Shown: positions 49,181 through 63,154 of the stretch, piece after piece
Position numbering within the stretch: position 1 is the stretch's first letter
Layout of the letters: each line of letters begins with the position of its first letter
Assembly (NCBI GenBank): GCA_032718475.1
Contig: JAUCBJ010004237.1
Location: 1-64,000, forward strand
Length of the DNA stretch: 64,000 bases
DNA from: Nemertoderma westbladi
Lineage: Eukaryota > Animalia > Xenacoelomorpha
Direction: 5' to 3'
Notes under the pieces: model-generated
Databases searched by the model: none
Told to the model about the DNA's origin: nothing
What the model saw: only the letters and a program-made list of their open reading frames with translations
Translations under genes and position numbers: made by a program

Positions 49181-50250
49181 GTTCGTGGGGCCTTCGCGCA
49201 GCACGAGGCCCAGTTATGAGATACAAATTAAAATTGAGCGACTGTATCACAAAATCAGGTTTTGAGAAATTTACCCACACCACCAATCAATCCAAGAAAG
49301 GGGGACATGACAGTACGTGTTCACCCCTTTTAATCTCTCCAGCCCCCACCCTTCCCAACCACCAATACATAACCGCGACATCTACCACCCACGGAAGGGT
49401 AGAACGAACTTATTTCCAATCGCACGTTCAATATGCAAAGCCAGGTGGTGTATAGGAATATAATCAACGCCGTACTCGTCTTAATTATTATAAGCGTCGT
49501 TGCGCTCGTCCTGTTTTGTATTTAAATATATTTCCTAAACGCAGACTGGCAATCTTTATAACTATGGATACGTGCAATATGCGAAACCAGGAATGGTTTA
49601 TAGGAATATAATCAATGCAGAACGCAGTACTAAATGCAGTCGATGCAGTAATGATATTCAAATAATTAATTTAATACCAGTACCCTCTGTTAATGCCTCA
49701 GTGTAAAAACTTAGACAATTCAACTACAAAGAAATCCCATCAAAAAATAATAAGCCCAATATTTATGAGGAAAAAACAAGTATGGATATAAATAAGTCTT
49801 CTGCAGTGGTAAAATGTTATTGACTGACATTTATTAAACGAGATCTGTCTAACACGGCAATAACACAATAATAGACTGAATAGTAGGGAATAGTAGGGAC
49901 TATAATAGAATGGAGTATGTGGATTACATCTGTATAATTTTTAAGTATAATTATTTAAATCTTATACTGTAAAACAATTAATTTCCTTTAAAAGGCAGGT
50001 TGAAAATGGTGTTTTCACCCTAATCAACTTAATTAACTAATTAACTGCTATTATCTTAGCTTCTCGAAGGCCACACGGAAATTCTACTTGGAAAATTTCT
50101 AAACAACATGTGTACCAAGTTTGGATAGATTTCATCAAAGATTGGCCGAGTTATTAACGTTTAAAATTGAACGCGACAGAACGACAGAACGACAGGTTGA
50201 TTAATGGTACCACTACGCTAAGGCTCACTCACTTTGTGGCTCGCCCCACA
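49181..50250 (+). mobile_element. Probable non-autonomous Helentron/DINE-1-like element nested in the left arm
   Basis: Inverted pair CGTGGGGCCTTCG (49184) / CGAAGGCCACACG (~50064), TGTACCAAGTTT motif, and (GACAGAAC)n microsatellite near the 3' end. Confidence 0.45.
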
Positions 50251-50873
50251 GTATAATATAAATGAATACACAGTACACAACAACTGCAACGTATATATAC
50301 AGTATAATAATAAGGTATAAACACTAAACATTACACATATACGGTATGTGCTTTGTATATGTGTTCTGTATAAATCTTTATACTTTATTATTTTACTGTA
50401 TATGTGCGTTGTAGTTGTGTACTTTGTATTCATTTATATTATACGGTATGTGCTTTGTATATGTGTAGGCCTACCGTTTAGGGTTTATACTTTATTATTA
50501 TTCTGTATATGTGAATTGTAGTTGTTGTATGTACGCTGTAGTTGTTTATTCATTTATATTTTACTATATTTGTTTTATCCATTTATACATTTCTATTGTA
50601 ATGTATAATATGTGCTTTCTGTTTGTACACTTATTTTATATTGTGTAATGTGTGTGTATGTGCGTTGTACGTACAGTAGTGTGTAGTCTGTAGTGGTAGT
50701 TTATACATGTTTATACTATAGTTTCATTATACTATATGTTTTTCCGTTAATAGATTTGAGTTTTACTGTATATGTGCGTTCTATTTTTTGTATACTGTAT
50801 AGTATATACTGCTAGGCCTATATACCGGTGACTTTGCTGTCCAGTGCCCAATAATTAATACTTTTTTAAAATT

Positions 50874-50916
50874 TAGCATTGATAAAGATAGCCATTGGCT
50901 TTCGAAACGTCTGCTA
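50874..50916 (+). ncRNA. Minimal type I hammerhead ribozyme motif (U3-A8)
   Basis: TAGCA-TTGATAA(A)-GATAGCCA t TGGCTTTC-GAAA-CGT-C-TGCTA: 5-bp helix I, palindromic helix III ACGT, GUC cleavage triplet. Confidence 0.85.
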
Positions 50917-51059
50917 GGCCTAATTACCTACTATTTTTCATACCTGTGGCTGACAGTCCTTCATTTGTTTTATCTTTTAATATTTACTCGCCACATTCCC
51001 CACCATGATTTTTAATTCATTACGTGCAATATTTTGCGTATTTGTTTAAAATTAATACC

Positions 51060-52024
51060 AGGGGGGGTACACCATTTTGGTCCAAAATATGTCGAAATTT
51101 TTTTTATGGTCTATTATAATGCACCATTGAATGGTGTTTCCAAATCTGAAAACCGCTATTTAATAGCTCTTTTAGTTTTCAAGTTATGTAAATTTCCATT
51201 TAGGGAATCCTATTGAAATTACTATTACTATGTATAATGAAAGGTCGATTATCTCCAAATATTTTTTTCATGAAATTGTCAACTTCAAAACCGTACTACT
51301 TCTACAATTTTTGAGCAATTAGTCTGAAGGATCGGCATGCTGCATTGCAGCTGCATTTTTATGAATGCTGTGCCGGTTTGTCAACAAAATTAGTCTCATT
51401 AACTCTGATTAACAATTAGTCTGAAACTTCCTGTGGGTGTCTAGATAGCCACCCTGCATAAAAGTATCAGACAACTTTTCGAAAGTTTTTGTTAATAAAA
51501 TTTAATACTATTTATAAAAAACCTAAAAATTAGCATAAATTTGCAGCGCCAGCTATTCTAACAATTTCTAACATTTAGTGTGAAACTTCCTGTGGGTGTC
51601 TAGATAGTCACCCTGCATAAAAGTATCAGACAACTTTTCGAAATTTTTTGTTAATAAAATTTAATACTATTTATAAAAAACCTAAAAATTAGCATAAATT
51701 TGCAGCGCCACCTAGCGGTGCGGAATTATTTTTACAAAATTTCGCCTGATAGTTATGTTGCCCCATCTTTGATCTATCATATAAATAACTTTCATGTGAT
51801 ACGGTTCAAAACTGTAAAAGCCTTAGGGTTTTAAGCGCAACCAAGTTTTTTTTTATTGTTAACTAGTATTAACTAATATTAAATAGCGAAATTTTTTTTT
51901 TCTGACCTGTCCTGTAGAATAGCACCTTAGGCACCTATATGCCATATTTTAGCCCAAACCAAACAATTTTGAAACGCTGAGAGTGATAATTCGAAGAGTT
52001 GTCCGAAAATGGTGTACCCCCCCT
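51060..52024. mobile_element. Kolobok-type non-autonomous element with internal ~160-bp duplication and RTE 3'-end fragment (51329-51392)
   Basis: TIR AGGGGGGGTACACCATTTT / AAAATGGTGTACCCCCCCT. TTAA is present on the right side only. Confidence 0.65.
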
Positions 52025-52706
52025 TAAATGTTTAATATTATATCGTAAATACCCGTTGTTAAGGTATGTTAGTTATTATTAATTCGTCCCTATTAAAACA
52101 TAAGGCCCTAACTCAAAAAATCATGTTTTGAGAAAATCGACTTTTTTTACTATAAATTCATGGATCCTTGTAAGCCGCTGAAAATTCGATTTTTAGGCAA
52201 AAGGAATACAAGGAATTTGATTTTGCTATTAAAATCTGTCCGAAATGGACATTTGGAATGGAAATTTTAAAAAATATTAGTTAGGGCGTTTTGAAAAAAC
52301 CAACTTTGGCAGATGTGTGTCAATTCAAAACGCCCTAACATTTCGCTGCACTGTATATATGTATTAAAGAGTGGAAAATACAGCGCGTTTTTGGTATATT
52401 GAAAAAATTTCCTCATGTCGTGTGTCTGTGTGTGTTTGGAACTGTCAATCACACTGCAGGAAATGTCTTGTAGCAGCCTTTATGTCTTGCCATTATTGAA
52501 AATTTTCGATTTCAATGCAACGTCACTCAAGTATTGATTTAACATCGATATGAATAAAAAAAAAACAAAGTATAAAGTAGAGTAGAGTACCGAGGAAAGA
52601 ACAAGAAAGAAACCGTTGATATTCATTAGTCCAAACTCGGATCTCCGCTATAACAATCTACTGTACTCCAGTCTATGAGAGATAAATGTTTCAGTTAGTC
52701 ACCGTT

Positions 52707-53249
52707 TCATTCCTCATCTATGACCTCCTCCTCGTCGGTTTCATCTAGAGAGTCGCGAACCTCATCACCTGGTCTGAGAGCCAAGTATTCCCGATGAAAG
52801 ATTTTAGGAATAACGCCATTCTTCACTAACTTCATTAAGTCATTATATTTGGCTCTGGATATGCAAGGCTTAAACTGAAAGGCTCGCTTTGGTAGATCTA
52901 GCAAATTAGACCGACGACCAAAACCACGTATAAACTTGACTTTCACCGGCTGGGAATTCGACGTATACTGTATGTCCATTGTATCGCTGCCCCGAAGAAA
53001 TAACACCCTTCGCATTTTCGACCACCTGACTCTTTCATTTGCTTCATCCACCATCATTAAAGGAAGAATGTCATCTGCAGCTTCCATCCACTTCAGAACG
53101 TTCTTAGTTTCCAACACCTGAACCTCGTAAGGAACAGTAGCTTCATCTTGTCTAGAACCTAAGATAATCCCTGCCCACATGGATGGTGCCCAAACCATCA
53201 TGTTGGGAACAGATCTCTCAATGGTGCTGTGGATCGAATCGACTGGCAT
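52707..53249 (-). pseudogene. C-terminal fragment of a Chapaev/CMC-like transposase
   Basis: MPVDSIHSTIER..WAPSMW..II..SR..PYEV..ISRAKYNDL..L..IP..FH..Y..L. The 5' part is missing. Confidence 0.65.
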
Positions 53250-54599
53250 ATACAGTAGTAAAAAAGGGGGAGTAAGTAGTCAACCACCAGTGTAAACGAA
53301 CTAGAAAACGTCAATCTAAGGAAAACTTCAAAGTAAAAACTCATAGGAAAACTCATAGAGAGCTTTCCACTACAGTGGCCACCTGGGAAAGCAATATCCA
53401 TTAATAGTAGTTACTGCTAGTGCATATATCCAGGACCTTATTCATCGCACACTTGCCATTTTTAGACGCAAGGTCACTGCGGTACCTCTTGGCAGATTTT
53501 ATATTCCAACCATACCGTTTCATATCATTAGGTTTTGCTTGTTCCATACTTTTGGTCTCTGTACATACATACCACTGGAGTAGTTTGTAACTCTGGCCTA
53601 GTTCTGAAAGCCACTGAGATGTAAACTAAACAAGTACACACGCCTTTACTCTCATCTGCACCTACTCTACCGTTAAATAATCACAAATATGTATTTTTAC
53701 AAAATTTATTTTTGCAAAAGGTCTTCTAACCCAGGCGTTCTATAATTGCTAATTATAAAATCGGGGTTAATACCGGTTCTCATAACTAAATCGCCAACAA
53801 TCATGGTATCTCTTGTATCATTGTATGTACCAATTGTAGCCTCAATGAAGTCAAACTTATGTAAAGGATCTCCATTATGACTGGCAGCACCTTGCGGAGG
53901 TATATAAGCTGCTCATAATATTAAATTCTTTCGAAATGATGAAAGTCTGGATCCGACAATGCGGAGCTCACCTCACCTCACAAGGACATGTAACTGGATG
54001 AAATAAGGCTTTTAGGTATCGGTTTTGAGTGTGGGTTTTGGGCATGTCTTTTGAGCATGGGTTTTAAGAATGAATTTTGGGCATGGGTTTGGACATTACT
54101 CAAGCGAAAATAAGGTTGATTACGGCATTACTAGATATAGGCTTATCAAGTTAGACTCCTTCACTGCAATCGCTACAATTTGCAAAAGTCCTCATCAAAC
54201 TGTGATTTGTATACTAGAATAATTAATAATATAATTATTCAGCCAGTCAAGCAGTCTTTCCTTCGAGACCTTCTCAATGATATTAGATTTAGAACAATGA
54301 TGAACTTGGAGAATACTAACCCAGACTTCATTGTTTATATGCCTGATTAACTGGCCAAGACTTCATTCATTGTTAATGTGCCTTCTAACTTCCATAGTGT
54401 TGGTTCATCACATCATGCCATACCAGAACATAACAGTGTTGTGAGACCATGAAGGTGAGATAGGTGATATGTGTGTATGGTCAAAGTCAAAATAAATGTT
54501 ACATAAGCGAAACTTTTGAGTGAAATTTTAAAATTGACAAAATATAGGAACATTATTACCATTCGAAAGCTCTTGGCGAGCTGAATTCGAATCTGGCAA

Positions 54600-56200
54600 T
54601 GAAACATAAAAATAACATAACAGTAAGTCCATGTTGTCCAAAAACTGATTTATGTGATTCACATCTACAGTTTTTATGGTATTACATGAAACACAGTACT
54701 CACAGACTACATTTTAATGTAGACCATGAACCATTATTTTTACAGAGTTTGTAGGTGGTTGCTCATGGTATTCATTAAATGTATATTTTTGTGAAGGATT
54801 TGTGTAGACCATGAACTAAATTGCTTCAAAACTGTAGCAGTATATATTAGATTAAAAATAAATTATTCAATTAATTCATTTCGGAGCTCATTCTGAAGCA
54901 TTATATTTATTAGGTAAATACTAATTCATTTTAAACACATTCATTAATGAATTATTATTTCCTAAGTTATTTTCAGTTGGTTAGTTATTTAGTTTCTCAT
55001 TCTAGTTATTAGGGCCTACTCTACTACCGGTACTTAAATAGTTGTTTATTCATTCAGTTCAAAACCTAAAAATTTGTTATCGAAGACAGGCTGCTTCATA
55101 GCTGCTGGGGGCGTTAGCCCAGATGTTGAATCAATTCAATCAATCAAATACTAAATATAGAAATATTAATTATTAACATATTATTAGGCCTTTACAAGAC
55201 GGTAAAACTTATTATAAAATCGACCATTAATGCAGAAATGGCAGTAGCAGGATGATAGCTCGCGATATTGGAAAGCACACGGGTTCGCCTTTATATAATG
55301 TAGTTTCAACGTCCCTGCCACAGGTGTTGGGCACTTATATAATGGTGAAAGTGACGCTAATTCAGTATCAATTTGGTTCTTTGATATGTACAAGATAATA
55401 CAACTAGTCAGTTCTTTGCTGTCCTTACAGTAGTTGAAAACATTTTCAGCACTATTCAATTCATGACACGTACGTACATGTACAATTAAGTAAGAATTCA
55501 CTACTACAATACGTTAAGTAGAATACAAAAGTTTCACTTTCAATTTGCCTCTCCATAGTTAGCCTACATACATTTTGTAGACCATGAATCAGATAAATGA
55601 CTACCATGATCCATTGCTTCTGAGAGGTGTTCACGGTATTCAGTTTCATGGTCTACAATGTTTGTCTCATGATTACATACTTTGTCTCGCAGGGCCAATA
55701 CAATACATTGGCTACATACAATTGTTATTAAAAACCAATATATTCTCAATCAGCTGTTTTCAGAAATATGGTATTTAAATTTGATTCATGGTCTACAATG
55801 TTTATATAAAATTCGTGAATCACTGTGTTTAGAGCGACGGGAAATGAATAATATGATATGTGGAGGTGCAAGGTGATAAATTTAAATAACCACAGATATT
55901 TGGGGTTTCAGAAGAAATATAACTTTCAGGGCTTTGTTATGGGAATTTGAATTATCCCTCTTCCAATTTTCCAACAAAAATTACGAAAAATGGTCACTTT
56001 TGGTAAACAACATTCACCCATGCAACACACCACCGACGTTTTATTTATTTGGGCGGATATTATGTTTAGAAGAAAGCTTGGCATCTCAGCTTTCTAAGTA
56101 ACATGTACTTGACACCTCAGGCAGCTCCAATCCATAGTGACAGTGCGTGGAATACGAGATGGTATAAAAGTTTCGCTCACGGTCTACAGCTTAGATCTAC
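54600..56200 (-). mobile_element. DNA transposon relic (Sola-like C-terminus at 55184-55501) with dispersed TGTAGACCATG repeats
   Basis: PVAGTLKLHYI...RELSSCYCHFC. The motif or its reverse complement occurs at ~54718, 54804, 55577, 55648, 55788 and 56181. Confidence 0.45.
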
Positions 56201-57084
56201 ATAAGAGCACCCAAAGGGGGTGAATACAGGTATAGTTATGCGTAGAAGATGATGGATTTTAAATGTTGGTTTCTAATGTATTACCCCATAAGCTGATTGC
56301 TCTCCCAGTGCTTCCTAAGGGTATATCTACAATAAGGTTACTCACTCTGCTATGTTAGGGGGTGGATCAGGAGAATGAATTTTAGTTACACAAAGCAGTG
56401 TGTTTTGTCCTATTGCAGTCGATACTCACTGTGGATTGCAAAATGTTTTATAGTTGACCTACACTATAATACAGTAGTTGCATGTATTTAAGGAGCCTGC
56501 TCTGGCCTACCGCCTTACATACCGCCTTACATATTCACATAGAATTCACTGGGAAGAGATATTCCGCTTGACGACGGGGTAATACCTATAGAAGGAAACT
56601 AAATTTGTTATTTGGCTCTATTCGTTGTTATTTATCTGGTTGTGCATCATGGGCATTTTTTATAAATATTCGGTAATCGCATCTTATATCTTGTAAACGT
56701 GCTTGATAATGAAATTATTTGCTTCATATTATATTTTTGTTGGTAGCTAAGTTGCATTTTTTATTATGTGGGGCGAGCCACAAAGTCAGCTAGCCTCACG
56801 CCTTGCAGTTTAGACAATTTTAGTTTACTTACTGCTGACTGACATAGTTCTTTGTAATAGTCTTGGCTAGGATTTTTCCCCCGGGCTCCTTCCAGCCAGC
56901 TTGCTGGCTTTCTAGTTTAGATTATTTGAATTATTCTGCTCAGAGTTTAAATTAGAATTATTATTATTTTGCGTATTTGAATTTAAATTATTATTTAGAT
57001 TATTTTGAATATTTGAATTAGAATCATTATTCTGTATATTTAAATTAATATTATTAGTTGGATTATTTATATTTAAATTAGGAG

Positions 57085-57425
57085 AAAGGAGACGAGTACT
57101 GTATTAACTATACTTCTAAATAACAAGGTTTAGTGCATTATATCCCACTTTGACAGACTGTTGTAGATTGTTGAATTTATGAATGGTTGAAAAAGAATAG
57201 TAAAAATTCTAATAATCAATGATCATATTGTGATCCTTAGTGGAATGTTGTAAACTTTATAATTTGTAACCAGATGTTCAGGAAGATCACAGTGATGCGT
57301 GTAAAGGAGACGAGTACTGCATTAACTATACTTCTAAATAACAAGGTTTAGTACATCATATCCCACTTAGACAGACTGTTGTAGATCGTTGAATGTATGA
57401 ATGGTTGAAAAAGAATAGTAAAAAT
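57085..57425. repeat. ~120-bp direct duplication
   Basis: AAAGGAGACGAGTACTG...GAATAGTAAAAA at ~57085-57206 and ~57303-57424. Confidence 0.85.
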
Positions 57426-58410
57426 AAAAACAACTTGTTACATCACTATAATCAAAAATAACAATTAAAAATACATCAATTCAATAATTATGAGCACAAC
57501 TAAAATTTAATAAAGCTCAAAATATGTATCATGCCATCACAGGATACCACACTTTAGTGTAACCAATACATGTGTACATTTAAAATATAGGCACTCAATC
57601 AATACTGATGATATACAGAACAACACTACAATTGAAATTCTATAATATAATTAACAACAGTTAAAGACTGAAGACCTAGTTGTAAAAAAAAAGTCAAATG
57701 GACCAGGATAAAAGGTACCTGGATAAAATACATCCAGTCTATTGGTACACACAAGATTTTTAGTACCTTTTACCCGGGTAGGATTTATCTGGGTACATAC
57801 CGTTGAAATATAGGCATTCGTACTTGATACAGTATGTGATACAGAACAACACAAAAAATTAAATTATAAAATATAATTAACAACACGAATGACAAATATA
57901 ATTGTTATGCATAGTTTCCTGAACGGGTAGACATTGTACACAGTTTCAAATTTAATATAATCTGATAATTACGCCATCCCCAAAAAATGTACAGTCTACA
58001 CCATAGATTAGTCAATCCACCCACATGTAATTGTATAGTTAGATATTAAGTCGCAATTACATACTTATGGTTGAAAACACAAACTTAGTAATTTTCGATT
58101 TCTGAAAACGTAATAATTGTCATATTTTGCATACACACATTAGTTAAATTTGTAAACGCAAATACGTGAAATTTAATTTAGAGGCTTTGGCCAGTATTGT
58201 GCGGTTTAAGTTTTTAGAGTCATATTTAAATATTATATTTGCATTGGTGAGCATATAGGCCTAGTATAAATATAATAATGCCTTCTGAATATAAACTGTT
58301 TCCGAAAGTAAATATGTTCTGAAATTAGACAGAAATGTCAGGCACTTTATGTTTTCAACCTTTTGTTTATTTATGTTTAACCTCATGAAGTTTAGTTGAC
58401 TATAAATTTG

Positions 58411-59554
58411 TCACTCAGATTTCTTGCCTCCTAATAACAAGGATGCCTCCTCCATCTTTTCGCGGACATTGATCAGACGCTTACCTCGGAGTTCGCTGTT
58501 AAAAAATGACTGCATTATTATGTTCTCTACTTCGGACCACTTCGCTTTCTTTGAGATTGTCAACATGCCACCTGAGTCATGCTGTGCCATAATAAGATTG
58601 ATATTGTCTTTGGTTGATATACCCTCCCCCTCCATGGTGTAAGAGCTGCCCTCATTTCTCAAATACCGACAGTTCTGCTGTTGATGGCATTTGGCTAGCA
58701 GCAAGGGATTGAACTTTGTGAAGCCTTGCTTTAAAGACGGGTTTTTGAACACTCATCAGATTACTTACACCAGCACGAGCCTTAATAATGTTTGCAAGTA
58801 TAGTAAATGGAAGTGCCTTGGCATTTTCAATACAGAACTTATAGAAAATATCAAGTTTTTGTAAGTACACTCTCAATGACGTAATTTGTCTAGTCTTTTT
58901 CCCTCTTACAGATTACATCTTAAGACTCTCGTAGGACTTTAGTATATTATATTTCTCAAACATCATTTGGGCTGTGAGCCGTTTAGAAACAGCAGCACTC
59001 ATCAAACTAAAAAACTTCTTTATATATAATAACGTGAATGATTGGGCCCTCTCATCTCTCACTATGGGTAGCGCACTACTAAGATACAGTTTAAACTCAG
59101 TCTTTAAGGGGAAAGATTTTTGGTTACAGTCATAGTTCTTTTCTGGTAGTTTTGGTAGAATAAATTGGTGTGGATCATTAAGTAATTTTTCCCTTTCAGG
59201 GTTTTTTTCTCTAATCCCATTCACATCTGTGTAATGCGACATTGAATGTGTATTCGGAAGATGGTAGGCATAACGCTTTATGACGTTTTTCACAAATAGA
59301 ATAACAAGAATGCTTTCGCCTTTGTTTTCCCCTAGTAAGACGCGCCCCAATGCAGATAAGTATTGTACTTGTTTTTCGTCCTTAATGTTATGTATTGTAC
59401 AAACAAGCCTTGGGAGGTTAATTACTACCTTAAAGCACATCTTGCATTTTGAATGCATTCTTGTTTTCCCACGGTTAGGCCTACTTATATTGCTACTAGT
59501 AGGCATATCCATAGTCAAAGAATTCTGATGATCAACCAGCACCTTTATTTTCAC
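58411..59554 (-). pseudogene. Fragmented intronless ORF of probable transposon origin (degenerate C2H2 finger + helical domain)
   Basis: Three collinear ORFs. CKMCFKVVINLPRLVCTIH. No catalytic motif recognised. Confidence 0.35.
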
Positions 59555-60059
59555 CCTCTTTCATTTTTGTACTGGTGGGATATAATCTGAGTCGGATACA
59601 TCCTTCTTTCTTTGTTTTTTAGTTATAGGAGGGATATGAGATCACTCCGTTTCATGTTTTGTTCGGTACCTTTTTGTTTATTTTCTTTTTGCTTATTCTT
59701 TTCTTATTGTTCTTTCTTTGTTTTTTTGTAGTAGGGGGGATATCAGATCGTTCAGTATCGGGGCTGAGGCAGACCAGGAGACAGGCAGAACATGAGGGTT
59801 GTGGTTGTGAAGGGCACATAGAAGCGCACAAGTGACCTCCTCATTCAGTATATATGCAAGGTTTCGAGTTCTCCTTCATCTCCTTCAATACCAGTACTAT
59901 CACTGTCAGAAAATAAGTCACCAGAAGACCATTCATCATCACCATGAACATCCATTACAGATTCCTGGACAGGAATCTTCAGATCGCGATAGGGGTTCAG
60001 GGTATTGGATCCAAGAAAACTATGGTAATTCGAACCCAGCAAAGTCATAGCATAATAAG

Positions 60060-61620
60060 TCGCTGATAAATTGCTACTAATTTTGCCGGCTAATACCCTG
60101 CTAATTTCGCCGGATAAAAGCCGGCTTTTTGGTTCCAATGTGGATTTCAGAGAGAAATATCCGTCGTTTAGTAGACTATTTATTAGCCTTCGATTAGTAT
60201 TTTACGAAACATATTTGAAGGATAATTCGAAGACAAAAATGCTTCGTTTAGTAGACTATTTGCCTGTGATTAGAAGTTTATGAAGCATTTTTCGAAGGAT
60301 GATTTCGAAGATAAAAATGCTTCGTTTAGTAGACTATTAGCCTTCAATTAGAAGTTTATGAAGCATTTTCGAAGGATAATTTCATACATTATTTGAAGCA
60401 TTTTCGATGCATAAAAAAGACTTTTTTCGAAGAAAAAAAATGCTACTGCTACAAACAAGTCCAAATCACTGGACCTGCCTGTGGATGCTTTCGTGGAGAG
60501 GGATAGGGGGGGGGGGGGGGGGGGGGTATTGGCCTACCTACCTTATCCTACCCTACACCATAAAAAATTAAATAAAAGATTTAAAAATAATTATTAATTA
60601 AGAATATATTTTATACAGTATAGAGCAGTAGAGTAAATAGTTTCTGTATCATTATAGTATAAAAGGATATATTTTTTAAAACTTTCAGTTTCGGATATAG
60701 TACACCTTTAATACAGAAAAAATATGTGCTTTGTTTGTCCCCAGGATTTCCCTGAAAGACATAGTCAGATAGTCTCGTTTTTACAGGTGTCTGACATTCT
60801 GACAGTGACATAGGGCAGTATGGACCTCGCCTTTACCTCTAGCTCTGCCATACACTCAGACCTGCAGATTCTGGAAACATGGATTACCGCACCTTTAAGG
60901 ACAGACACAGCATCACGCAGTAATTAATGGATTTATTTCATAAAACAATATGAATGGCACTGGACATAATATAGATCAATTTTCTTTGCACCAGATGATA
61001 TTATTATATAATCGACAATTCGAAAAAACTGATAACTTTGTACTAATTCACTGCTAAATATGGTCCCCAGATAAACAAATATTCGGATTATTAGTAGGCA
61101 TAACTATATAATTATTATTTTACTCTCAGTATTTGCCGGATAAAACATAACATACAGTAACTATGCATAACTAAACAAAACTAAGCTAAATGATCCAACC
61201 TTTGAAAAGTCTACAAATTTATCCTTCGTTTAGAAGGTAATTTATCCTTCGAATAGAAGGTAATTTATCCTTCGAATAGTAGCATAAATTATCATTCTAA
61301 ACGAAGGATAAAAACTATAAATTCATCCACCCTTCGAAAAGTCTACAAATTTAGCCTTCGTATAGAAGGATAATTTATCCTTTGAATAGCAGCATAAATT
61401 ATCCCTCTAAACGAAGAATAAAAATTATCAATTCTTCCACCCTTCGAAAAGTCTACAAATTTATCCTTGGTTTAGAAGGATAATTTATCCGGCGAATAGT
61501 AGGCATATTTACCCTTCTATTTGCCGGCTAAAAACTAGCTAAATCTTCAGAATCTTCGAATAGTCTTCAAATGTATCCTTCATTTAGAAGGATAATTTAT
61601 CCTACGAATTGTAGACTGAA
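60060..61620. repeat. Clusters of short degenerate TTCGAA/GAAGGATAA repeats, including ~110-130-bp tandem units at 61200-61620
   Basis: Recurring CCTTCG.ATAGAAGG.TAATTTAT and AAAAGTCTACAAATTT. They resemble subterminal repeat arrays of a DNA transposon. Confidence 0.7.
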
Positions 61621-62859
61621 TTTTAAACTGTGTGTGATATTTTCCCCTTAATGGAAAACTGTATAACTGCAGAGTAGTGGTTAGCGTCCTCGCAAACAGA
61701 ACCTATAGTGCAGTAGGTCACTGCAGCATCTATCATATTAAAATGGAAGGTTTTAATTTCAGACATTTCACACAATTGCATAATTCTGCACTGGTTAGCG
61801 TCCTCCCCAAACACGAAAACTATGGTGTAGTAGTACTCTGCCAAGTGCCAAGTATCAGCAAAAAAGCATTCATAAACAACAAAATTGTAGGTTTCCTCAG
61901 ACATTTCATCCCCAAATAGCGGCAGACTGTAGATTGGTCATTGTCTCCCCAAATACACAACCTACGGTGTAGTATACTCTGCTTGGTATCAGGAAAAAAA
62001 AACATAAACATATTGTGTAAAGGACCTAAGTATCAGCTAAAAATCATTATTAATAACTAAATAGGATAAGATTTTCACTTTAAGACATTTCGCCTCCTAG
62101 TGGCAGACTGAAGAACCGGAAACTGGTCGGCGTCCTCCCAACAAGCAACACACCTATGGTCAGGTAGAATTTCTTCTTCAAATTGTCAGTTAGAACAGAG
62201 TGGTTACGATGATGCAACTGCTGTTATAATTTCCTGCTTGCTGACCAGTAATTTGGTCGATAACAAAACAAATACAGAATAACGCCATTTTACCTCAAAT
62301 ACGCATTCATGCAAATCAAGTAAATGTGTAAAAAACCAGCCTCGAGATAGCCTTTATGTTCACGGGCTCAGGATGGTCTGCATCATATAGATGCAGTGAT
62401 GCACGAACATGATAGTGTCAAGATCCAACTTGTAGGATGACGGACTGACGACCTGCTAGGCCTACCTCGCTAGCACCCATCCATCCGGTACACTGCAAAA
62501 ATGAATAATTGAATCATTTTGTGTTTATGATTATAAACATGTGAACTGAAAAAGCTAATCTAAGATTTACTGCTTGTTCTTACCAATATTAGTCAAGAAC
62601 CAATCAAGGTAGTTCCACTCTTCTGCTCTCCTGCTGGGTCCTATTTATTGAGATTACTACTTAACCAACCCAGCCTGCCTGCAGGCCACCCCAAGATATG
62701 ATTGGTCTGCCAGTAGCTAGCTACCTTGCTAACACTTTACTCTCAGCTTTGCCAGGCCTGTGTACTGCCAAAAGGAATATTCGAAACACTTAGTGATATT
62801 GACACACAACATATTGCGGCAACCACAAAATAAGCATTCACACAAGAAAACGTGTAAAA

Positions 62860-63006
62860 TTAGTCTCCAGGATAGCGATAGTTTACGTGCTCGGAACAAG
62901 AGCTTCCCATCGATGTATCATTTGTTCAGATTGGTGCTCGTGTGTCGGAGCGTATAGCTTGGACAGACTCACAGACAGACAATGCATATTTATATATATA
63001 GATTAT
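62860..63006 (+). mobile_element. 3' end of a probable non-autonomous Helitron-like repeat
   Basis: GACAGAC(TC)ACAGACAGAC...ATTTATATATATAGAT end pattern. Confidence 0.35.
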
Positions 63007-63154
63007 TATAGGTCTATAAGGTCAGAAGGTAGCAAACTAACACACTTTTATTTTTCTGTTGTTCAACATAACGCACATAAACAGCATAATGCCTCGAAAA
63101 TATGTTTGGAAGCCAGGTTCGCAACCATACTTGACAGGGTAGGCTCAAAGCACC

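Larger units (their letters stand above)
48493..51018. mobile_element. Non-coding Penelope/retrozyme-like insertion: ~640-bp inverted arms, each with a hammerhead, 3' tail and 12-bp TSD
   Basis: 48491-49131 is inverted at ~50343-50981. ATTACGTGCAAT flanks both sides (48481-48492, 51019-51030). Unpaired tail at 50982-51018. Confidence 0.8.

Noticed and set aside
48824-49204. 126-aa Y/I/V/C-rich ORF
   Set aside because: Translation of TG/TA-rich subrepeats in the inverted arm.
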